Origin: an uncultured virus (IMG/VR IMGVR_UViG_3300013121_000030)
Lineage: Duplodnaviria > Heunggongvirae > Uroviricota > Caudoviricetes
Virus record (IMG/VR): IMGVR_UViG_3300013121_000030
Coordinates: 160,001 to 224,000 of that record
Length of the DNA stretch: 64,000 bases
Direction: 5' to 3' (one strand)
Made by a program: the position numbers and the translations under genes. Below, in pieces: positions 49,634 to 56,093 of this stretch (positions are counted from its first letter, which is position 1; the number at the start of each line of letters is the position of its first letter). The notes below the pieces were generated by a model, which was not told where the DNA came from, did not search any database, and worked only from the letters and a program-made list of their open reading frames with translations.

Positions 49634-49707
49634 GTGTAACTCGGGTCCTCTCGTGCTACACATGGGGAGCCGCGGTCGAGATCGCGGCGCCTCCCTGAAA
49701 ACCGAAG
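49634..49707 (+). promoter_or_regulatory. Phage promoter-like motif + hairpin + boxA-like
   Basis: GTGTAAC-N11-CGTGC-TACACA, hairpin, CCTGAAAACCGAAG. Confidence 0.75.
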
Positions 49708-49729
49708 AGTTCTGAAGAAGAGCATTCAT

Positions 49730-49816
49730 CCGTGGGTGGTTGACTGTCGGTAAGTCACAGCGGTCTGTAAAACCGCCCGCCTTCGGGCGTCGGGGGTTCA
49801 ACTCCCTCCCCACGGA
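49730..49816 (+). tRNA. tRNA-Tyr(GUA) with C1:G72
   Basis: CCGTGGG/CCCACGG-A acceptor; GCGGT-CT-GTA-AA-ACCGC; long variable arm. Confidence 0.85.
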
Positions 49817-49893
49817 CCGAAAAGTGCGTTGTCTCGGCTACGAAACCGAGGCTGTGGGCTCCGCCAGACAAGCCCGAAATGAAACCTGGCCCT

Positions 49894-49981
49894 GGAAGGG
49901 ACGCGAATGTTGGGTTTTCGCACTCGATTGGAAATCGAGCGTTCTCAAAAGGGACCGAGGGTTCAATTCCCTCCTCTTCCG
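49894..49981 (+). tRNA. tRNA-Ser(GGA)
   Basis: CTCGA-TT-GGA-AA-TCGAG; long variable arm. Confidence 0.82.
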
Positions 49982-50138
49982 CAAGGTCTTCCCATTCGTA
50001 TCATTGGAACCCCTCCTTGAAGCAGGGAGAGAGCTTCTGGTTAGCCTCATTTGACCAAGGTGGTTCGAGTCCACCACTTTCATGACTCTCGTATGAGGAC
50101 GAGAGTGGGGAAAGATGGGTACGTTGGGAAGCCTCTAT

Positions 50139-50212
50139 CGCGGGATAGAGCAGTCTGGTAGCTCGTCAGGCTCATAACCTGAAGGCCGCTGGTTCAAATC
50201 CAGCTCCCGCAA
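50139..50212 (+). tRNA. tRNA-fMet(CAU)
   Basis: C1:A72 mismatch, GAGCAGTCTGGTAGCTC D-arm, CT-CAT-AA. Confidence 0.88.
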
Positions 50213-50223
50213 TTCGTCGATCA

Positions 50224-50295
50224 GGGATATTGGTCCAGTGGTCAGGACGCTGCGCTGTCTACGCAGAAGCGAGGGTTCGATTCCCTCATGTCCCG
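50224..50295 (+). tRNA. tRNA-Asp(GUC)
   Basis: CTGCG-CT-GTC-TA-CGCAG. Confidence 0.88.
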
Positions 50296-50442
50296 CAGCT
50301 TCAGTTCAGGTCTACCCTGTGTGACCGGGGTGAGAGGTCATGGTGGGTCTGCATATTCATCGTTCCGTTCGATTCGGATAGCGGCCGGGCGGCTGCGAAA
50401 CAAACGCCGATGCAGAGGCGGTGAGATCTGAGCTGAGCGTTT

Positions 50443-50515
50443 GCAGGAGTAACTCAGTTGGCAGAGTGTCAGCTTCCCAAGCTGAATGTCGCGGGTTCGA
50501 GCCCCGTTTCCTGCT
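50443..50515 (+). tRNA. tRNA-Gly(CCC)
   Basis: TCAGC-TT-CCC-AA-GCTGA. Confidence 0.9.
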
Positions 50516-50524
50516 AGATCTTCT

Positions 50525-50598
50525 CGGAGTACGGGCTCAAGGTGGGCCGCCTGTTTTGGGAACAGGATATCAGGAGGGTTCGATCCCCTCTACTCCGA
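50525..50598 (+). tRNA. tRNA-Pro(UGG), atypical D-arm
   Basis: CCTGT-TT-TGG-GA-ACAGG; C8; GGCTC-AAGGT-GGGCC. Confidence 0.8.
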
Positions 50599-50600
50599 CT

Positions 50601-50666
50601 GTTCGGATGCCCCTGGGGGATTACATTCTTTTGGTGAACTGCACATCTCCCAAATATTTGCCGAAC
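50601..50666 (+). ncRNA. Y-RNA/YrlA-like unit 2 (short)
   Basis: GTTCGG-ATGC..TGGGGGAT-TACAT..ATCTCCCA..TTTG-CCGAAC. Confidence 0.6.
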
Positions 50667-50670
50667 AAAC

Positions 50671-50742
50671 GTCCGTATAGCTCAATGGATAGAGCAACGG
50701 TCTACGGAACCGAAGATCCAGGTTCGAGTCCTGGTATGGACA
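50671..50742 (+). tRNA. tRNA-Arg(ACG)
   Basis: CGGT-CT-ACG-GA-ACCG. Confidence 0.9.
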
Positions 50743-50744
50743 CT

Positions 50745-50826
50745 GCCTCGAATGCTGTAGAGGACTACATTGAAAACGTCCGACTAACCCTCGGATAGAA
50801 GTGTCTTCTCAATCTTTCGTCGAGGT
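50745..50826 (+). ncRNA. Y-RNA/YrlA-like unit 3 (short)
   Basis: GCCTCGA-ATGC..AGAGGAC-TACAT..GTCTTCT..TTCG-TCGAGGT. Confidence 0.6.
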
Positions 50827-50830
50827 GTTA

Positions 50831-50904
50831 GCGCGTGTAGCTCAGTTGGTTAGAGTGCTGTCCTGATAAGACGGAGGTCGCAGGTTCAATTCCTGCCATG
50901 CGCA
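50831..50904 (+). tRNA. tRNA-Ile(GAU)
   Basis: CTGTC-CT-GAT-AA-GACGG. Confidence 0.9.
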
Positions 50905-50908
50905 CTGT

Positions 50909-51034
50909 CCTGGATGCTCGATGGGGTTTCATTTCGTCTGAACCACGAGAGGACTGGGTTCGAGTCCCAGCGGTCGGGAAACTGGCTGTGGTGTAAAGGT
51001 AGCACAAAAACAAGTCTCATCACACTTTGCCAGG
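50909..51034 (+). ncRNA. Y-RNA/YrlA-like unit 4 with permuted tRNA domain
   Basis: T-arm CTGGGTTCGAGTCCCAG, acceptor closed by GAAA, then D-arm, inside CCTGG/CCAGG stem. Confidence 0.75.
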
Positions 51035-51039
51035 CATCT

Positions 51040-51111
51040 TGGTGTGTCGTCCAAAGGCTAGGACGTCGGTTTCTGACACCGCGAATGGGGGTTCGAGTCC
51101 CTCCACACCAA
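51040..51111 (+). tRNA. tRNA-Gln(CUG)
   Basis: U1:A72; CGGT-TT-CTG-AC-ACCG. Confidence 0.88.
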
Positions 51112-51133
51112 AGGATTCTCAGGGTTTAGACAC

Positions 51134-51206
51134 GGGCTGGTAGCTCAACTGGCAGAGCGGCGGACTCTTAATCCGTAGGTTGAGGGTTCGACTCCCTCTC
51201 AGCTCA
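51134..51206 (+). tRNA. tRNA-Lys(CUU)
   Basis: GCGGA-CT-CTT-AA-TCCGT. Confidence 0.9.
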
Positions 51207-51211
51207 CACAT

Positions 51212-51282
51212 GGTCTCATGGTCGATTGGTCAGGCGGCAGTCTGCAAAACTGCATAAGGGGGTTCGATTCCCCCTGAGACCT
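51212..51282 (+). tRNA. tRNA-Cys(GCA)
   Basis: GCAGT-CT-GCA-AA-ACTGC; U73. Confidence 0.88.
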
Positions 51283-51284
51283 CA

Positions 51285-51357
51285 GGGCGCATCGTCTAAC
51301 TGGCGAGGATAGGAGGACCTCACCCTCCAGATGCGGGTTCGATCCCCGCTGCGCTCA
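51285..51357 (+). tRNA. tRNA-Glu(CUC), C33 variant
   Basis: GGAGG-AC-CTC-AC-CCTCC. Confidence 0.75.
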
Positions 51358-51360
51358 CAG

Positions 51361-51496
51361 CTCGGATGCTGTAAGGGAATACATCAAACCGCGGGTCGCA
51401 GGTTCAAGCCCTGCCCCCCACAATCGACGTGGGGGTAGCTCAGTTGGGAGAGCAGCGGTCTTGCCGTCAGGCATATTCTCTTCGATTTTCGCCGAG
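51361..51496 (+). ncRNA. Y-RNA/YrlA-like unit 5 with permuted tRNA domain
   Basis: ACCGC, T-arm GCAGGTTCAAGCCCTGC, CCCCCAC-loop-GTGGGGG, TAGCTCAGTTGGGAGAGC, GCGGT; inside CTCGG/CCGAG. Confidence 0.8.
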
Positions 51497-51502
51497 TCAC
51501 TA

Positions 51503-51576
51503 CGGGATGCGGGCTCAAGGTGGGCCGCCTGTCTGGGGGACAGGACATCAGGTGGGTTCGATCCCCATCATCCCGA
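51503..51576 (+). tRNA. tRNA-Pro(GGG), atypical D-arm
   Basis: CCTGT-CT-GGG-GG-ACAGG. Confidence 0.8.
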
Positions 51577-51578
51577 CC

Positions 51579-51705
51579 GCCGAATGCTTTGAGGGAGTAC
51601 ATCCATTGGGCGGACGAGGACCAGGTTCGACTCCTGGCCTCCCCAAATGTGGGGAGGTAGTGTAACGGATAGCACGCGAAAAATCCTCTCTCTACTTTTG
51701 TCGGC
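51579..51705 (+). ncRNA. Y-RNA/YrlA-like unit 6 with permuted tRNA domain
   Basis: CCAGGTTCGACTCCTGG, CCTCCCCA-AATG-TGGGGAGG, TAGTGTAACGGATAGCAC; inside GCCGA/TCGGC. Confidence 0.8.
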
Positions 51706-51711
51706 ACCTAT

Positions 51712-51788
51712 CGGAGTACGGACTCAAGGCGGGTCGCCTGTTTCGGGAACAGGATATCAGGAGGGTTCGATCCCCTCTACTCCGACCA
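51712..51788 (+). tRNA. tRNA-Pro(CGG), atypical D-arm, encoded CCA
   Basis: CCTGT-TT-CGG-GA-ACAGG. Confidence 0.8.
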
Positions 51789-51799
51789 GTAATCTCCAT

Positions 51800-51883
51800 G
51801 GAGGGATGGCCGAGAGGTAAGGCAGCGCTTTGCTACAGCGTCGTCTGGTACAGCCAGCGGGGGTTCGATTCCCTCTCCCTCCG
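51800..51883 (+). tRNA. tRNA-Ser(GCU)
   Basis: GCGCT-TT-GCT-AC-AGCGT. Confidence 0.88.
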
Positions 51884-51889
51884 CACCTT

Positions 51890-51974
51890 GGAAGGGCAAG
51901 CCAATGGGCGATGGCGCCGAACTCGAACTTCGGTGAGCGTAACTGCCTTGTGGGTTCGACTCCCACTCCTTCCG
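51890..51974 (+). tRNA. tRNA-Ser(CGA)
   Basis: CCGAA-CT-CGA-AC-TTCGG. Confidence 0.85.
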
Positions 51975-52380
51975 CAAGGAATGCTTAGACGCCTGTGGAT
52001 TGGGGTCAGCGTCGTCCACAGGGGGCCGACTTTGAGTCTGAAAATCTCAACGAGGGATTTTCGGGCTTGCACGTTCGGTGGTGTCTCTCCGGGGGCAAGC
52101 CATAACGGCCCTGAGGTGCAGGTTCTCTTAGTGGAACAACACACTTCGAGGAGAGACCACTGGTGCCAACGAACCCACATTATTAGTGGGAGCGAGCTTT
52201 CTGCTAGGCTCTCCAGAGTGCTGTAGGGTGAACCGACTGCCTCAATAGGTTGGTGACGATGGTGGAGAGACACCTGAGATCAGGTCTCGTGGAATCCGTT
52301 ATTTTTATAACGGTGCTTGTAAGTGGCTCGCAAGTGAGGTCTCTTAAAAGGGATCACTCCAAGAACCTGAACTTTTTTCT

Positions 52381-52507
52381 GCGGATGCTCGAAGGGGTTT
52401 CATCACTGCCAATGACGAGTTCCAGGTTCGATTCCTGGCTCCCGCAAACGTCTGCGGGAGTAGTTTAAGGGTAAAACGCGATACGATCCTCTTCACTTTT
52501 TTGCCGC
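52381..52507 (+). ncRNA. Y-RNA/YrlA-like unit 7 with permuted tRNA domain
   Basis: CCAGGTTCGATTCCTGG, CTCCCGCA-loop-TGCGGGAG, TAGTTTAAGGGTAAAAC; inside GCGG/CCGC. Confidence 0.8.
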
Positions 52508-52514
52508 GGATTCT

Positions 52515-52586
52515 CGTGGGGTAGCACAATGGTAGGGCAGGGGCCTCATAAGCTCAAGGTTGCGGGTTCGATTCCCGCCCTCACGA
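52515..52586 (+). tRNA. tRNA-Met or Ile2 (CAU)
   Basis: GGGC-CT-CAT-AA-GCTC. Confidence 0.78.
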
Positions 52587-52593
52587 CTCATCT

Positions 52594-52667
52594 CGGAATG
52601 TAGCGCAGTCTGGTAGCGCGCCTGTTTTGGGTACAGGAGGCCGAGGGTTCGAGTCCCTCCATTCCGA
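52594..52667 (+). tRNA. tRNA-Pro(UGG), canonical
   Basis: CCTGT-TT-TGG-GT-ACAGG. Confidence 0.9.
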
Positions 52668-52668
52668 C

Positions 52669-52908
52669 TTATTTCCTCCAGAATCGAGTCACGCGAATCT
52701 TGGCGGCTTTGTGGAGAGCATCAGCGTTTTGGTCCAGAAGTTTTCGGATCGCTTCCAGCTCCCGATAATTTTTGGCATTACGATGCCAACACAGGTATTC
52801 AAGGTGTTCGGCTTTCAGCCATCCCACCTGAGAATCCTCGTGCGAAGCAAGGATTGCTCGCTGTTCAAGAGCAAGGTTCTCTCTCTCGTGCAATGTCTTC
52901 ACATCCAT
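52669..52908 (-). CDS. Small hypothetical protein inserted antisense in the tRNA array
   Basis: 79-aa ORF filling an inter-tRNA gap; AAGGTG upstream. Confidence 0.5.
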   Translation of the reverse strand: MDVKTLHERENLALEQRAILASHEDSQVGWLKAEHLEYLCWHRNAKNYRELEAIRKLLDQNADALHKAAKIRVTRFWRK

Positions 52909-52929
52909 GGCACCTTCTTACCCTTCCGA

Positions 52930-53004
52930 TCGGGGTTCGTCTAGTCTGGTCTAGGACGGCAGATTTTGATTCTGCTTACCGGGGTTCAAATCCCTGACCC
53001 CGAA
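52930..53004 (+). tRNA. tRNA-Gln(UUG)
   Basis: GCAGA-TT-TTG-AT-TCTGC. Confidence 0.88.
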
Positions 53005-53010
53005 TCTCTT

Positions 53011-53082
53011 GCCCCAGTAGCTCAATGGCAGAGCGCCCGGCTGTTAACCGGATGGTTGTAGGTTCGAGTCCTACCTGGGGCG
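53011..53082 (+). tRNA. tRNA-Asn(GUU)
   Basis: CCGG-CT-GTT-AA-CCGG. Confidence 0.9.
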
Positions 53083-53114
53083 TTTGGTGCTCTTCTTCGA
53101 TCTGTGATTCCGCT

Positions 53115-53187
53115 GGCCCCATCGTCTAGCGGCCTAGGATGCCGGTCTTTCACGCCGGTCACGCGGGTTCGAGTCCCGCTGGGGTCA
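53115..53187 (+). tRNA. tRNA-Glu(UUC)
   Basis: CCGGT-CT-TTC-AC-GCCGG. Confidence 0.9.
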
Positions 53188-53198
53188 AAACTCGTCAG

Positions 53199-53250
53199 GG
53201 CCCGCGTCCTTCCTCCCTCCGAAACGAAAGGACGCGGGCCATTCCTTTTT
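53199..53250 (+). terminator. Putative terminator of the RNA island
   Basis: GGCCCGCGTCCTT/AAGGACGCGGGCC stem followed by T-rich tract. Confidence 0.6.
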
Positions 53251-53263
53251 AAGGCACACTACA

Positions 53264-53292
53264 GTGTAGTTGGCAGGACCACGTGCTACACT
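53264..53292 (+). promoter_or_regulatory. Phage promoter-like motif
   Basis: GTGTAGT-N11-CGTGC-TACACT. Confidence 0.7.
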
Positions 53293-53302
53293 GGGGTCAC
53301 AC

Positions 53303-53875
53303 ATGACTCCCAGTGATATCGTTCGTATGCGCCGTGGGCGCGTGTACTCCGCCGCCAATCGAGACCTCATCCTGAGCAATCTTCCGCAGATTGCCAGAGC
53401 GGTGATCGATGGTCCTCCCCCCACGTGGGGGGATTTCCTGGACTGGGCGGACGAACCCTCCCTGGAGGTCTTTCGGCCCTTGGAAGGCCAGCCGCTCCGC
53501 CTGAAATCCGCCTTCATCGCTGCCGAGAGACTTGTGGATGCCTTTGATCACAAGTCCCTTGTGGATCACGAGGGGGTGCGCGTTTGGAGGTGGAAAAGTC
53601 CTGTCAATTGGGTGAATGCTCTTCACATTGCCCTCCAGGCCCTTCGAGATGCTGTTCTTCTCTATCAAGGGCGTGCGAAGTGGGTGTCATACCGTGACAC
53701 GGCCATCAAAGTCCCCTCCCCCTGGGAGGCGAGTTTGTGGCCGTCGTTGGGATGGGGGGATCTTGGGCTGGGTTCGGATGTGGAGGCGGTCCTTTTGCGG
53801 GGAGAGATCCCCGAGAGGGTTTGGGATTGGGATGATCCCAATGGATGGCATGGCTTCAACGACAAAACCGCATGA
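53303..53875 (+). CDS. Hypothetical protein
   Basis: ATG 10 nt below motif. Confidence 0.6.
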   Translation: MTPSDIVRMRRGRVYSAANRDLILSNLPQIARAVIDGPPPTWGDFLDWADEPSLEVFRPLEGQPLRLKSAFIAAERLVDAFDHKSLVDHEGVRVWRWKSPVNWVNALHIALQALRDAVLLYQGRAKWVSYRDTAIKVPSPWEASLWPSLGWGDLGLGSDVEAVLLRGEIPERVWDWDDPNGWHGFNDKTA

Positions 53876-54085
53876 TCCGGAAGAACAATGAACTTTCGGG
53901 AAGCTAAGCGTCGCGTCCTCCATGGTGCTGCCACCATTCTTGACGACGGTGGGTTCAACACCTGGCTGTCCCAGGATTTGGATGGGAGTGCCCTGTCCGA
54001 GGAGGACGAAGAGAGAATGCAGAGGGCGTTCCGGGAGCTGGTTGACGAACTTCGGGAGCGAGCTGGACGCCTCAACTACAAAAAA

Positions 54086-54114
54086 GTGTAACTTATCTCC
54101 TGGCGTGCTATCTA
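54086..54114 (+). promoter_or_regulatory. Phage promoter-like motif
   Basis: GTGTAAC-N11-CGTGC-TATCTA. Confidence 0.7.
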
Positions 54115-54125
54115 TGGAGAGAACG

Positions 54126-54596
54126 ATGCTAACTGACCCGAACTACGAGGTGGCTCCCACAGGGTGCTTCCGCTGCAAGGATTGCGGCAGAACGGGCGCT
54201 CGCCCAGGCTCCGCACTCAAGCATGCGCGTTCATGTGACCTCTTCCCCAACCAGCTCGCTGGCCCCAAGGTTCAGGATGAGGCAGAGGAGAAGGGGGTCG
54301 CAGCCGTGCATGCGGGTGGTGTCTGCACCTGGACCAAGGAGGATGGTCGGTGGGTGGTCACGGGACCTGAGCAGCTCCTCAGGGCTGCCCAGGTCATGGT
54401 GCAGGCCAAGGGCAAGCCCGCAGAGCAGATCGAGGTCACGAACCTGCGCCAAGTGGACGGGCGGTGGATTGCGGACAAGCGGCGCTCTCCTTCAGCAATT
54501 CAGGACCAAGTCTCCCCCGTCAGCGACGATGCCGTGTTCGAGGCGTTCCGGCGGGGGGAGATTAGCATGTCGGACGCGATGAACCGCGACTTCTGA
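54126..54596 (+). CDS. Zn-finger-containing hypothetical protein
   Basis: FRCKDCG..HARSC. Confidence 0.6.
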   Translation: MLTDPNYEVAPTGCFRCKDCGRTGARPGSALKHARSCDLFPNQLAGPKVQDEAEEKGVAAVHAGGVCTWTKEDGRWVVTGPEQLLRAAQVMVQAKGKPAEQIEVTNLRQVDGRWIADKRRSPSAIQDQVSPVSDDAVFEAFRRGEISMSDAMNRDF

Positions 54597-54597
54597 G

Positions 54598-55434
54598 GTG
54601 TTCTTCCCCATGGAAACTAAGACTGCAGCAATCAGCTTCCAGGACGACTCCACGGTCCTCTATGTGATGGGGGAGGCGACTTTTTCCCTTCGGAGGGATG
54701 GTCGTCTTTGTGTCACGTTGCCCCCCAACAGCGGCTACCTTGTCGCTCGGGGAGGCCTGAACACCAAGTTTCTCCTTCACAAGGAGGATGGGGAGGTTCT
54801 TCGGGGCGATTGGGATGGGATCTATACGCTTGAGGTGACAGCAGTGGTGGCGGTGAGGGGTTTGGCGAAGCTTGGTGTTTCGGTGGCGCTCCTCCAGGAG
54901 GGCAAGGTTCCTCAGATGTGGGTTTTCGATGGAGAACTTCGTCGCGTTGCCACGGACATTGGGGACGCGGTGGCAGAGGCTCGCAGCCTCCTCGCTGAGG
55001 CTGGGAACGAAGAAACTGAGGAGGAGGGGGTTCGCATCTCGGATTTTGTAACTCTTCCACGTGATGTGGTCCGACGCTACAATTGTGGGATTGGCCCCAT
55101 CACTCTGGTGAAAGAGTATCCTCCGTCGACTGAGGAGCCTCCCAAGGCTCCTTGGGGGTACCACTATGAGTGGGAGACGTTTGGGGTGGGGCGCCGCGTC
55201 ACTCAACGGGATCTTGCTGTGGTGGAGATTTTGCGTCGTGCGGATCGTGACCTCTATGGGAGGGTTGCTCCTCTTCTGGAGATGATCGCGGGGGTAAGCC
55301 GGCACGAGACGGGTGGGGCTGTGTGGCAGGAGCTTCGGCTTCGTGCAGATGTGGTCTCGGAGCGGGAGGCGTACTTCCAGAAGAGGGAATCTCTCCGCGG
55401 GGAGGTCGAAAAGCCCAATCCTAATCGGGATTGA
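54598..55434 (+). CDS. Hypothetical protein
   Basis: 278-aa ORF. Confidence 0.6.
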   Translation: MFFPMETKTAAISFQDDSTVLYVMGEATFSLRRDGRLCVTLPPNSGYLVARGGLNTKFLLHKEDGEVLRGDWDGIYTLEVTAVVAVRGLAKLGVSVALLQEGKVPQMWVFDGELRRVATDIGDAVAEARSLLAEAGNEETEEEGVRISDFVTLPRDVVRRYNCGIGPITLVKEYPPSTEEPPKAPWGYHYEWETFGVGRRVTQRDLAVVEILRRADRDLYGRVAPLLEMIAGVSRHETGGAVWQELRLRADVVSEREAYFQKRESLRGEVEKPNPNRD

Positions 55435-56093
55435 CCGAGAACTCGTCACACCTGTACTGAGTGCGACGAGTGGGGTCCCAGAGACCTGGGAGATGGGCCT
55501 TGAAGGTCTCGTATCCGAAGGTCGTGGACACGAGGGACGAGAATCCAACAACTTCGTCCCACTCGTTCATCCAGTCTCGAAGATCGCAAAGGCCGCAACA
55601 GGAGTGGAGGCTTTCCCACATACTCCGAGCCTTTTGTTTGGTTATGAATTTCATCCGACGAGCTTCTGTGATCTCGCGGGATAGGGACTTGATGGACTCG
55701 GCTTCCAAGATTTGGACGGGGTAGCCGAGGCACAGCTTCTCGGCAATGTAGCTGGGGTCGTGACGCACGACTCGATCAACCCAGGCGAAAAAGTCTGAGG
55801 TCTCGTCGGAGCGCCAGGATGACCATCCATGGTGGCCGCAGACATCATCCACAGAGAAGAACATTTCGCCATATGTGCCTTCCTGGCGGAGGACAGCAGC
55901 AACCTGGAAGCCCTGGGAAACCCACGAGAGATATCGAATTCGCATGGGTTGGATACCCGGAGTTTCTTCTATTCCCTCCATTGAGGGATGGTCTGGGTTG
56001 TAGTGGTGTTCTTGTCAGTGGTTGTTGGGTGGGTCGAATATTTTGTTGAAAGGGCTGGACAATCCGCCAGAAACAGATTATCCAAAAAGAAGA

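Noticed and set aside
49830-49850. Second tRNA-Arg(ACG)
   Set aside because: Isolated anticodon-like hairpin with an 8-nt loop; no T-arm or acceptor.
51285-51357. Opal (UCA) suppressor tRNA
   Set aside because: The perfect GGAGG/CCTCC stem fixes the anticodon as CTC.
46940-53190. ORF-track calls across the RNA island
   Set aside because: They overlap tRNA or ncRNA genes and look like chance ORFs; only 52669..52908 was kept.
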